Origin: Mobula hypostoma
Lineage: Eukaryota
Direction of reading: 5' to 3'
Assembly (NCBI RefSeq): GCF_963921235.1
Contig: NC_086108.1
Coordinates: 33,544,001-33,608,000, forward strand
DNA: 64,000 nt
Both the position numbers and the translations under genes were made by a program. Under the pieces are notes generated by a model that worked only from the letters and a program-made list of their open reading frames with translations, searched no databases and was not told where the DNA came from. This document shows, in pieces, positions 39,801-51,800 of the stretch (position 1 is the first letter of the stretch; the number at the start of each line of letters is the position of its first letter).

Positions 39801-42800
39801 ATAATGTATTTTTGTCTAAGTGTGTGCACGAGAACTGAATATAAAAAACGGCACATTTCCAATAGGAAATTTGAGAAACAACACAATGCAAACTAGTTAC
39901 ATTGCTACAATTTAAAAAAAAAATAAACATAGGAATTTCTGGGAAAAAGATTCAATTCCACAGAGCTCAGTATTTATTTGTGGTGCATAATAGTCAGTTT
40001 CATATCCATCGTCATGTTGGTGAAGGAAATATGCAGAGTAAACAAATTATTGTATGAATCAACATACAAGTTATTTTGCTTCTCACTCCAATTGGCATAA
40101 GGCATCTGCCTATCCATTATTTCATAGTTTACTTGCTTATCTGTGATGCACAGTGCCAAAGCTTGTATCACATTAGATACACTACAACTCAGTACAATGC
40201 TGTTCAGCATTCAACATCATAATTCCCTCCAGGCTTGACAAGAAGCTCAGAGACCTCGGCCTCCACCCTGCCTTATGTAGCTGGATCCTGGACTTCCTGT
40301 CAGATCGCCGGCAGGTGGTAAGAGTGGGCTCCCTCAACTCTGTCTCTCTGACCCTCAACACAGTTGCCCCTCAGGGCTGTGTACAAAGCCCTCTCCTTTA
40401 CTTACTGTATACCCATGACTGTGTCGCCACCCACAGCTCCAATCTGCTAATAAAATTTGCTGAAGACACTGCACTGTTTGGCCCAATCTCAAATAATAAT
40501 GAGGCAGCCTAGAGAAGAAGTCACCACCCAGACACAGTGGTGTCAAGAAAACAACCTCTCCCTCAATGTTGCAGAAACAAAGGAGCTGGTTGTGGACTAC
40601 AGGAGGAATGGAGACAGGTTAACCCCCATTGACATCAATGGATCTGGGGTTTAGAGGGTGAACAGCCTTATGTTCCTCAGCATAAACATCACCGAGGATC
40701 TCACGTGGTCTGTACATACTAGCTGTGTGGTGAAGAAGTTTGGTGTGGGCCCCCAAATCCTTTCTATAGTGGCACAACTGAGAGCATCCTGACTGGCTGC
40801 ATCACTGCCTGGTATGGGAACTGTACTTCCCTCAATCGCAGGACTCTGCAGAGAGTGGTGCTGACAGCCAAGCGGATCTGTAGATGTGAACTTCCCACTA
40901 TTCAGGACACTTACAAAGACAGGTGTGTAAAAAGGAACATTGGGGATCTGAGTCACCCCAACCACAAACTGTTCCAGCTGCTACCATCCAGGAAACGGTA
41001 CTGCAGCATAAACGCCAGGACCCACAGGCTCCGGGACAGCTTCTTCTACCAGATCATCAGACTGCTTAACTCATGCTGACACAACTGTATTTCTATGTTA
41101 TACTGACTAGCCTGTTGTACATATTATTTATTATAAATTATGATAAATTGCACATTGCACATTTAGACAGAGATGTAACGTAAAGATTTTTACTCCTCAT
41201 GTATATGAAGGATGCAAGTATAAAGTCAATTCATTCAATTCAATGTCTATCTGGTACAAGTGTTCCCAACCTGGGGTCCACAAATCCCTTGGTTAAGGTT
41301 AAGGCTCCATGGTATAAAAAAGGTTGGGAATCCCTGATGTAGTGCATAATTATAGGTAGCATATCATGCCTGACAATGTTTGACATGCTGGCAGGGGTCA
41401 GAAGGCCTTTGATCTGTGGCAGTTCAACACACTTTTTAACCAAAGGGCAGCAGGAATTATCTGTTAATAGCATTGTTCATGACATGTACGGATAAGCAAC
41501 CTGCAAACAACAAAAATCAGTGCCACAGAAAACACTTTTGAAGCAAATCAGTGGCATGCTGACAACTTGTTTCCATTACCTGGGCCTCATGGAAGGAGCT
41601 GAATACTAAATAATGCAACCCTGGGAGAAGTCCGCAAATTTGTGCTCCATTGAACTGCTGCTGCTCCTCTGGGCCAGCTTTTTGCCAATATTAATACCCG
41701 AAGGATGGATTACTGTGGCTCTCTGAAAGTCTCTTTGAACACAGGAGTACCTGCAGCCTTGATAGTAGCTGTTTAAACTTGTCTGGCAGCAGGCTGAGTT
41801 TGCACTAGCCTCAGCTTCCAATGCTGCACCAATAGTTTCTGCTTGTTCTGTAGTAGAAATTATTGTGGGTGTACCACGTGTTCTTCTGGAAGGAAATCAG
41901 AAAATGCTGGAAATCTTCATTGGGTCAAGTGGTATCTGGGTAGGTGAATAATGGGGTTGTGTATTAAGCATTGCCCGAGGACAGTGCTATAGTTGGCAAG
42001 GTATTACATTTGAAGACTGCAATCACTATTCTTTGGTCACTTAACCTCTTTCATTCTGTTCCATGCTGCATGACCCATAGATATTTGTCCTCATTACCCT
42101 AGCAGAACTTATCTAGACAGTGTGTGTGGATAGAAAACACAATCTCTCCTTGGTTGAAATAGTTTTCAACATCTCTCTTGTTGAAAATGAGTTTCAAAAT
42201 GGCTGCTGTCACAACTCTCCTTCCCTTACAAAGGTACAGACTGGCTTTAACTTGCTAACTGCTGACACAACTAGCTTCCAACAGAAGCATGCAGCCACTT
42301 AGCAGCAGACAACAATAGGTGCATTTAAGTAGCAGGCAACATAAAAGCAAGTTTTGGAAGCAACAGTCAACATTACTGTGATACTCGATATGGTTCCTTT
42401 TATAATCCAATTGGATAGTAGGTGCTTTAAGGCTTAAAGAATGAATAATATGTTTCTAATTCATTTAAAATTCAAACATTTCACAAACTAATTATTACAT
42501 TTGTTATCACATATCCCATCAGTCATTATAATCTCTTCCAATGTGCAACAACAAATCAGACAATAGGAATTCTGCAGATGCTGGAAATTCAAGCAACACA
42601 CATCAAAGTTGCTGGTGAATGCAGCAGGCCAGGCAGCATCTCTAGGAAGAGGTACAGTTGATGTTTCAGGCCGAGACCCTTCATCAGGACTAACTGAAGG
42701 AAGAGTTAGTAAGAGATTTGAAAGTGGGAGGGGGAGGGGGAGATCCAAAATGATAGGAGAAGACAGGAGGGGGAGGGATGGAGCCAAGAGCTGGACAGGT

Positions 42801-45800
42801 GATTGGCAAAGGGGATATGAGAGGATCATGGGACAGGAGATCCGGGGAGAAAGACAGGGGGGGGGGTACCCAGAGGATGGGCAAGGGGTATAGTCAGAGG
42901 GACAGAGGGAGAAAAAGGAGAGTGAGAGAAAGAATGTGTGTATAAAAATAAGTAACAGATGGGGTACAAGGGGGAGGTGGGGCATATAAAAATAAATAAC
43001 GGATGGGGTACGAGGGGGAGGTGGGGCATATAAAAATAAATAACGGATGGGGTACCAGGGGGAGGTGGGGCAATGCGCCACCTCCCCCTCGTACCCCATC
43101 CGTTATTTATTTTTATACACACGTTCTTTCTCTCACTCTCCTTTTTCTCCCTCTGTCCCTCTGACTATACCCCTTGCCCATCCTCTGGGTACCCCCCCCC
43201 CCGTCTTTCTCCCCGGACCTCCTGTCCCATGATCCTCTCATATCCCCTTTGCCAATCACCTGTCCAGCTCTTGGCTCCATCCCTCCCCCTCCTGTCTTCT
43301 CCTATCATTTTGGATCTCCCCCTCCCCCTCCCACTTTCAAATCTCTTACTAACTCTTCCTTCAGTTAGTCCTGACGAAGGGTCTCGGCCCGAAACGTCGA
43401 CTGTACCTCTTCCTAGAGATGGTGCTTGAACAACAAATCAGATTTACCTTGCTATTATAGTGTTTGTTCAAGGATACACTCAGAAGATCAGATGCATATT
43501 TAGATGAACTGTAAGATTCCTGGCCTTGGCTATGTTGGTAGTCAGTTAAACTGAAGGCAGATTTTCTTGCATTACTAGAAGACGTCCAAATAACCTGTGA
43601 CGTACAGCCAGCTTGATCAAACAAAGGTTCCAAGTTTCGTATCTAGGCAAAGAAAATTGCACCAAATAATTTTCTTCATTATATATTATGCTAAATTTAC
43701 TTTCTTTGGATGGGCAGAAATTGAAGAAAAGGTTTTATATAAATCAGCTTTGAAGTTTAGCAGAGTGGATAAATGAAATGAAGTAGATGTTAATTTACAT
43801 GCATTTCAAACAGCTTTTGAGAAGGAAGAATGAATAGGAGTTGCATTAAAAATAATAGTTTATGGAATTCAAATTCAAGTTTAATTGTCATTCAACCATA
43901 TATGAAAACCCTTGAATACAGCCAAATGAAACATTGCTACTCTGGGGCCAAGGTGCAAAACACAGTAATTGAATTGAACACAGTAACACAATTAAAGCAG
44001 AATGTAGCCACGTGAATCTGAAAATAGTTGAAAGGCAGCAAGCCAAGTTAAAAGCAGTCCCTGTTACCAAGGCTTTCATTTCTGAGAGCTGCCTGTGAAA
44101 TGGTTTTGCATTGTCACAAACACCAATTTTCTGTAATAACTTGCTATAATTCTTTCATTCCATAACATTCATCATAATTAAACTAATGGAATATGTATAT
44201 TGTATCCAATCATTAATGAATACTATGAAACATTTTATTATTATTAAAGGCTTGAAAATGCTTTATAAAATAAATGGGAAAATTTGTGTAAAGTCAGATT
44301 TCCATACGTCATATTATTTGTAACCTGGGGATCCTCTATACTAGTAAATATATATTGCTCTCAGAATGAAAACTTCATTTCTATGATGACTGGTCATTAA
44401 GGTTAGCTAGCCAAGCATGCAGCAAGATGAATAAAGTCACAGATGGCGTGACAAATGATTTGAGAACAGCAAATGTAGTACATTTCTTCAATCCACATGA
44501 CTACAGGTCAGTAATAGGGAAGGTTTTGGAGAACCTCTATGGCACAGGATTAATTTACACTTGGAAAGGCTGGGATTAATATTGACAGTCATCATGACTT
44601 TGTTAGAAAAAGATCCTATCTAATGAATGTGACTCAACTTTTTCCATGAGGTTAACAAAGCATATTTGTAAAGGTAGGTGTAGTTGATGAATACATGGAC
44701 TTCAGTATGCATGGCCTTAAGATCCCATATGGGAGGTTGGCCCAAAATGTTAGTGCCAGTGGGCATCAGTGCAAGTTGTCAAATTCAGTCAATATTGGTG
44801 CGATAAAAGAAAGCGCAGAATTGTGGAGTGCTGTTTTTGTGAGTGGAAGCCTGGCACTAGTGGTGGATCATGGGTATTTGTGATGGAAATTATATTTCTT
44901 TTTATATACAAAAGTAATTGAACGTGAATGTAGAGGGTATGATTACTAGGTTTACAGATGGCATCAAAATTGTTCTGATTGATCATGAAGAGGATAGTCT
45001 AAAGCAGCGGTCCCCAACCACCGGGCTGCGGACCGGTACCAGGCTGCAAAGCATGTGCTACCGGGCTGCGAGGAAACAATATGATTTGGCGATATAAGTC
45101 AGCTGCACCTTTCCTCATTCCCTGCCACGCCCACAGTTGACCTTGAACGCACGTGAGGTCATTACCTGTGCGTCATCCATGTCAGCGCAGGAAGGAGATC
45201 AACTCCTCGAGCTTGCAAATGACAGCAGGCTGAAAAGCATGTTTGACATAACATCTCTGCCGGCATTCTGGATCAAAGTCAAGGCTAAATATCTTGAGAT
45301 AGCCACGAAAGCACTGAAAACATTGCTTCCATTTCCAACACATCTCTGCAATGAATGTAACAAAAACTAAATTGTGGAATAGACTGGACATAAGGAACCT
45401 CCTTCGAGTATCGCTGTCTCCCGTCACCCCTCAATAGGACCGTCTTGTTGCAGGGAAACAAGCCCAGGGCTCCCACTGATTCAGCGATATTGGTGTGTTG
45501 CAATGATTTTATATGTTCATACGAGGAAAATATGTGCTGTATGTTTAATATCCAAACGTTACTTAAAATGTTATGATGCTATTGACTTATAAGTGACTTA
45601 TATAACCATATAACAATTACAGCATGGAAACAGGCCATCTCTGCCCTTCTAGTCCGTGCCGAACGCTACTCTCACCTAGTCCCACCGACCTGCACTCAGC
45701 CCATAACCCTCCATTCCTCTCCTGTTCATATAGCTATTCAATTTTTCTTTAAATGATAATATCGAACCTGCCTCTACCACTTCTACAGGAAGTTTGTCAA

Positions 45801-48800
45801 CCCTGACTTCAAGCTCCCCTGTCCTCCCCTGATAATTGACTTATCACTATACTCATGTGAGGAAAATATGCGCTGTGTTTAGTATTCAATTCGTTAGATA
45901 AACCCTTTCAGAAACGAAATTGAGTGTATTAGCCACTTATCACATATAGCGGTCGTGATTAACACCACCCCCCCCCACCAGAATCGCCAAAAAGGATTTG
46001 TAGAAAAAAATCGGCACGTACATGCATGCGCACTGGTGCCCGCGCAAGGCTTCATGGTCATTGTAGTCTTTCTCAGGGTAAACCCAACGTATTTGACTGC
46101 TACCCTTATCCATTGGCAACCCTACATTCCCCCCCCCACCTCACCCCACCCCACCCCGGGTCGGCCGGTCTGCAAGTCTATTGTCAATATTAAACCGGTC
46201 CGCATTGCAAAAAAAATTGGGGACCCCTGGTCTAAAGCTACAGGATATTATTCACGACTCAGTAAAATGAGCAGAGCAATAGCAGGTGGAAATTAATTCT
46301 GCTAGGGAGAGGTGATGCATTTTGGAGGGACTGATAAGGCTAGGACATAATCAATGAATGCAAGGACCCTAGGGAATACTGACTAAGAGGAGGATCTCAG
46401 ATATCTGAAGGGGTGCAGAACAAGTATACAAAGAATGAAGGAGAACCAGACGCCATCTGTGGAACCCGAAGGATGGTTGATATTTTGGGTCAAGACCTTG
46501 ATTGAGAATGTATATAGGATTCTTGTTTTAATTAGGAAAGCTACAGAATATTATAACAGGAAAACTATAACACAAGCATATAAAACATTGATTAGGCCAT
46601 GTTGGAGTACTGGACTACACAGCACATGAAGAATGCCATGCACTGGAGATTTCCAACATGTTGCCCAAGATGGAGGATTACAGCTATGATGACTGGATAG
46701 TCTGGGTTTATTGTCCTTGAATAGAAGAAAAAGAAGACATCCTGACTGAGGCATACAAAATTATGAGAAGCATGGATAAAATATATAGTAAAAATTTTTC
46801 TCCACATCAAAGATTATCTAAAACCAGAGGCCAGAGGTTTAAAAAATGGGTTAGGAGGTGAGAAGGGACACATTAATAGGTGGTGGAGGCAGGTATTCTC
46901 ACAACGTTTTAAAGATAATTTATTTGCCAAGGCTGAATGTTGAGCGCTGGAGAATGTTGCACCCTTTACTCCTCCCAAAATGCATCACCTTGCAGTGATC
47001 AGAATTGAATTCCATCTGGTATTATTTTGCTCGCCATACCAACTCATCAATATACCATCCCACAACCAAAGATTACCCTCTACATTTTCAACAATACCAT
47101 AATTCTTAGCTTTATTCTGTAAGCATATTAATCACACTGCCTCTATCTGCATCCTAATCTTTAATGTGTGTACAAAGGCAAGAGTCTAAGTGCCTTTGAT
47201 AAGTACAAAGGCACTTATCAGAATGGTATAGCATTGGTCACATGGTAAAGTGCTGTGTTTAGTGTTGAATTATATCCAGTGGAGCTACTTGTTGATGCCC
47301 CAGTCCTTTTACAGCTCTTAAGCACAGTCACCCTGAAATACAGCGAGAAGCTACCTTAGCTATTCCTCATTAGTAAATATTTCAAGATCAGAACTGACTG
47401 TATCTAAAATCAGATTCAGGTGGAAAGAATACAAATTTATTCTTACTAGTAAAAAATGTCCAAAGACATTTGTCATAAAGACCTGCTGTAGTCCATCATC
47501 GGTAAGCCAATCTTCCTGTGTTAGCAATCCATACCCAGTTGCAAACATATGAAATACTTTCCTGTTAATATGAAAAAAAAGCATCACCTAGCTTCCTGTT
47601 AATATGAGAAAAGCATCATCCAGCATGCTGTTCATAAATGCATATAGGGGAAAGGGAGAAGTGGAGATGGCAGAATATGTAAGGGGAAGAGTTTGAGGTG
47701 GGTACTGAAGGGTGGGGTGGAGAGGTTGTGGAGTGAGGGTGAGGAAACAGTTCAAGAGAATTAAAAAGTGTAAACAATAAATATGAATAAAGGAATATTA
47801 AAAAATGTACAGTATTTTTTCCTTTAGTGATATTATAAAATTTAATTAAAATGTTAACACACAAAATAAAACAATACAGTATTTATCTAAAGCAACACAC
47901 AAAATGCTGGAACAACTCAGCCGGTCAGGCAGCATCTATGGAAATGAATAGACAGACCCATCTACAGGGTTGTCCCCTCTTCTCTAATCAGACCAGCAAC
48001 CACATTCCCTTGCAGCACATTTGAGGCACTGGATATCCAGTATAACTTATCATTCAACTCAGAAAGGCTGAAGAGTTTCATCTTCTAACCCTACACTAAC
48101 TACAGAAACAGAACAAGAGGTTAGATGCTTTATCCTTGCCCTGCCACATTAATATTATGATGACTTGAGTAAAATGAATGTCTAACAGCAACATTTTTAA
48201 TTGATACTGACATGCACTGTTTACAATAGTTTGGACAATACACCACTACATATCAAATGCAGATTCTGCAGATGCAGGAAATCCAAAGCAACACAAACAA
48301 AGTGCTGGAGGAACTCACCAAGTCAGGCAGCGTCTATGGAAATTAATAAATAGTCAATGTTTCAGGTCAAGACCCTTCTACAGGACTGGAAAGGAAAAGG
48401 GAAGATGCAGGAATAAAAAGGTGGGGTGAGGGGAAGGAGGATGGCTAGAAGGTGATAGGTGTAGCCAGGTCAGTAGGAAAGGTAAAGGGCTGGAGAGGAG
48501 GGAATCAGATCAGAGAAGAGAGAGAACCACAGGAGAAAGGGAAGGAGAAGGGGATCCAGGAGGAGATGATAGGCAGGTAAGAAAAGGTAAGATGCCAGAG
48601 TGGGGAATAGAAAGGGGGTGGGGGAGATGGGAATTTTCTTTTACCAGAAAGAGCAATTGAAATTCATGCCATCAGGTTGGAAGTTATCCAGATGGAATAA
48701 AATGTGTTGCTCCTCCACCCTGAGGATGACTTCATCTTGGCATTAGAGGAGGCCATGAATTGACACGTCGGAACAGGAATGGGAATTAAAATGTTTGGTC

Positions 48801-51800
48801 ACTGAGAATTTCCACTTTTGCGGATGGAGCAAAGGTGCTCAACAGTGTGGTCTCCAAATCTACGATAGGTCTTATCCGTGTAGAGGAGGTCCCTTCAGGA
48901 GCACTGGGCACAATTGACGACCCCAGCAGATCTGCAGGTGAAGTACTGCCACACCTGGAAGGGTTTGGGGCTCAGAATGGAGTTGAAGGATGAGGTGAAT
49001 GTGCAGGTGTAGCACTTTGGCCGCTTGCAGAATTAAGTGTCCGGAGGCAGATTAGTGGGGAAGGTTTCCTGATCGGTCAGGGCATCAAAGGATATGGTGA
49101 GACGGCAGGTGTATGGGGGCTGAGTGGGATCCGGGATCAGCCACGATGGAATGGCGCAGCAGACTCAATGGGCTAGATGGCCTAATTCTGCTCCATGTCT
49201 TATGGTACTAACTAATCTCACTACTGCATATCCTGTGTACACCAGAAAAGTTTATATTTTCCTATTTATTCATTTTCCTTTGTCCTTCCTGAAATCGTTA
49301 TGCAAAGTTCAGTTATCTCTGCACCATCAGCAAAGATTTTCATTCGGTAACTGTGCTGTAGGAAGGCAAGAATAATCATGTCACAAACTGAACCAGATTG
49401 CATAGTAGGGATCATCATAGATCTATTGAGGCAGAGACTCGGTGGAGATCCAGCAACAAAAAGGGAGCCCACCACTAACTAGTCATAAAATCTTAATGTT
49501 CTTACTCTGCCAGTAATTGGAATATTGAGTCAGTGAAAAGAGCAGAATCTGATCGAAGACTAATGAAGCACCCTTAGAAATCTTGACAGGAACCAAAGGC
49601 TACAAATCCATACTAGGAGAGATGGGTGGTGGGTGGAGACATATCTCTACCAAAGAAAGTGTAAGGCATTCTTTCCCATCACCCTTGGGCAAGTTGTACC
49701 ACCTGCTTTAGCCCCCACCGATCAGGGTCACAAAAGGCCATGAGAGCAGGTAGTATGAGCAGCTGGTACATATCACAAGTCTTGGTTATATGACCACTGA
49801 TGCCAGGCAGACAGACTCTGAAGAGTATTGATAAAGACTGGGATCACCCGTATGTAAAGATACTGCCCAGAAGGTGGTAATGGCAAAATCACTTCTGCAG
49901 AAAATTTACCAAGAACAATCACGGTCAACAGATGGAAGACCATGATCGTCCACTTCATACGACATTGCACATAATGATGTTGATGATGATGGTGACAACG
50001 ACTCGGGAAGGGGAGGGGGAACATAATCATACAAATCCATTGGCCATGAGAACAAAAATTATAGGACGGGAGAGAATGTGGAGATGTTACCCACTCGGTC
50101 ATTGCTCCACTCATCCACACGTGGGTTTGCAAAAGCAAGACCAGTCCAATATCTTTAATGCCCTTGATATTCTCTGAGGTGCTTAAAACTCCAGATCATC
50201 TAAAATACTAGCCAACCTCTATTTCTATCCACATCATTTCCAATCAAGCATCCTTTTTATATGAATGATCTCTTATATTCACAATCTCAGTTTTAGATAC
50301 AAATGGGGAAAGTCTTTTAAGAAACTCCATTATTAAGATCTTAAGCTGTCCCTGAGATAATGGGGGTGAAGTTGTTTTAAGTGTGAAATACTGTGCAGTG
50401 GATTTAAGTAAAAGAACATCTGACTTTGTTTGTTGTGAATCAGAAAACTGAGTTAATTATTTCTAAGTACTCACGATACTATACCTGGAAAACAAACCAT
50501 CCAGAAAGGCTTTCAAATTGAATTGAGGGTTTGGCATAATCCCAGCATTTAGATAGAGATAATCTAAACGTTGATACCTGCGTTAAAAAACAATAATTAT
50601 TTAGTCAAAGTTGATGAATACAACATACAGTACCCATAATATGAAGAGTCTATTTCTTTGTTGTAATTAATACAGGGTATGCGATTACAGCTGGTTGATC
50701 AGGCCATTAGGTTATGAACAACAGCCAGTGATCGGTTACTTAGTACCCACAGAATTAAAAATTTTAACTTAATTTCACGTTACTTTTGCAGAATTCAATC
50801 AACAGCAATTTATCTTTCTGATATCTTCAATTATGAGAAATAAAGTGAACTATTCTTTGCACCAAACTGTTCCATCCTGTTAATTGAGAACTCTAATGGC
50901 AAATACAGGAAATACCAGGTCTGACAGGAACAACCCTGAGTCCAGAAACATTAAATGGAAGTAAAGTTTCACCCCAATAGTGTGGCTGAATGATGGCAAT
51001 ATTTATCATTTATAGATAATGCTTTGGTATATTTCAACATCAGCTAGTCCTGAAACTCAGACAATACGCTTTGAGGGTTAGACATTTACCAGATGTGAAA
51101 TGTCAGAAGCTCATTCACATATCCTTCAATTTTACTTTTATTTAAGCCAATGGGAAGAATAATAACATAGGGTACAGACTTACCTTCAGCTAGGTACAAA
51201 GACTATACTCAAACTGATTATATACATAGTTGATAGCAAACTACGTGGGTGGGGCTGATGGTGCCAAAGGCGTCAATAAAGTTAGGTAGAAAATAAAAGG
51301 ACATCAGAGGATGTCAAAACCAAACTCTTAATTCCCTAGTCAAGTTTTAATATGAACGATGTGCCCATTTCTGTAGACATTAAAGAAATGCAAATATGAG
51401 CCAGGAAGTCATTATTATACAGGTAAAATTAAATGAATGGTAATAATAATGACCATTTTAAAGTATTTATTTTATCAAGTTACAGCAAATGCAATTACCA
51501 AGTACATAATAGCTTTGCCTCATTTTTTCAGTGAAATACTTTAGAAAATTAGTTCAGCAAATATCACAAAATTCATGCTAAATTGAAAGAAGTTGGTAAT
51601 ATTGAACTACCTTTGTCTTATTTCTATTGCTCCTTTGATCACCGAGTTAACATCTCCTATGTCCATCTTCAGAAGGCTAATATCAGCCCCTGGATGTGAC
51701 AGCAGAAGTTCAGACTTAGCAGCCTCCGCTTTCTGCATGTTTCGACATGCCATACACAGGTGTATCTGGTTATCCTGAGACAGAATGCGACCACAAACAG

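Larger units (their letters stand above)
42561..43428. mobile_element. Penelope pseudo-LTR palindrome in hsd17b7 intron 5
   Basis: Two near-identical inverted arms meeting at about 43073. TSD AACAACAAATCAGA at 42547-42560 and 43429-43442. Confidence 0.92.

Noticed and set aside
42941..43072. 3 x 44-bp repeat as a CRISPR array
   Set aside because: The units are contiguous with no unique spacers, derive from Penelope sequence, and sit in a eukaryotic context without cas genes.
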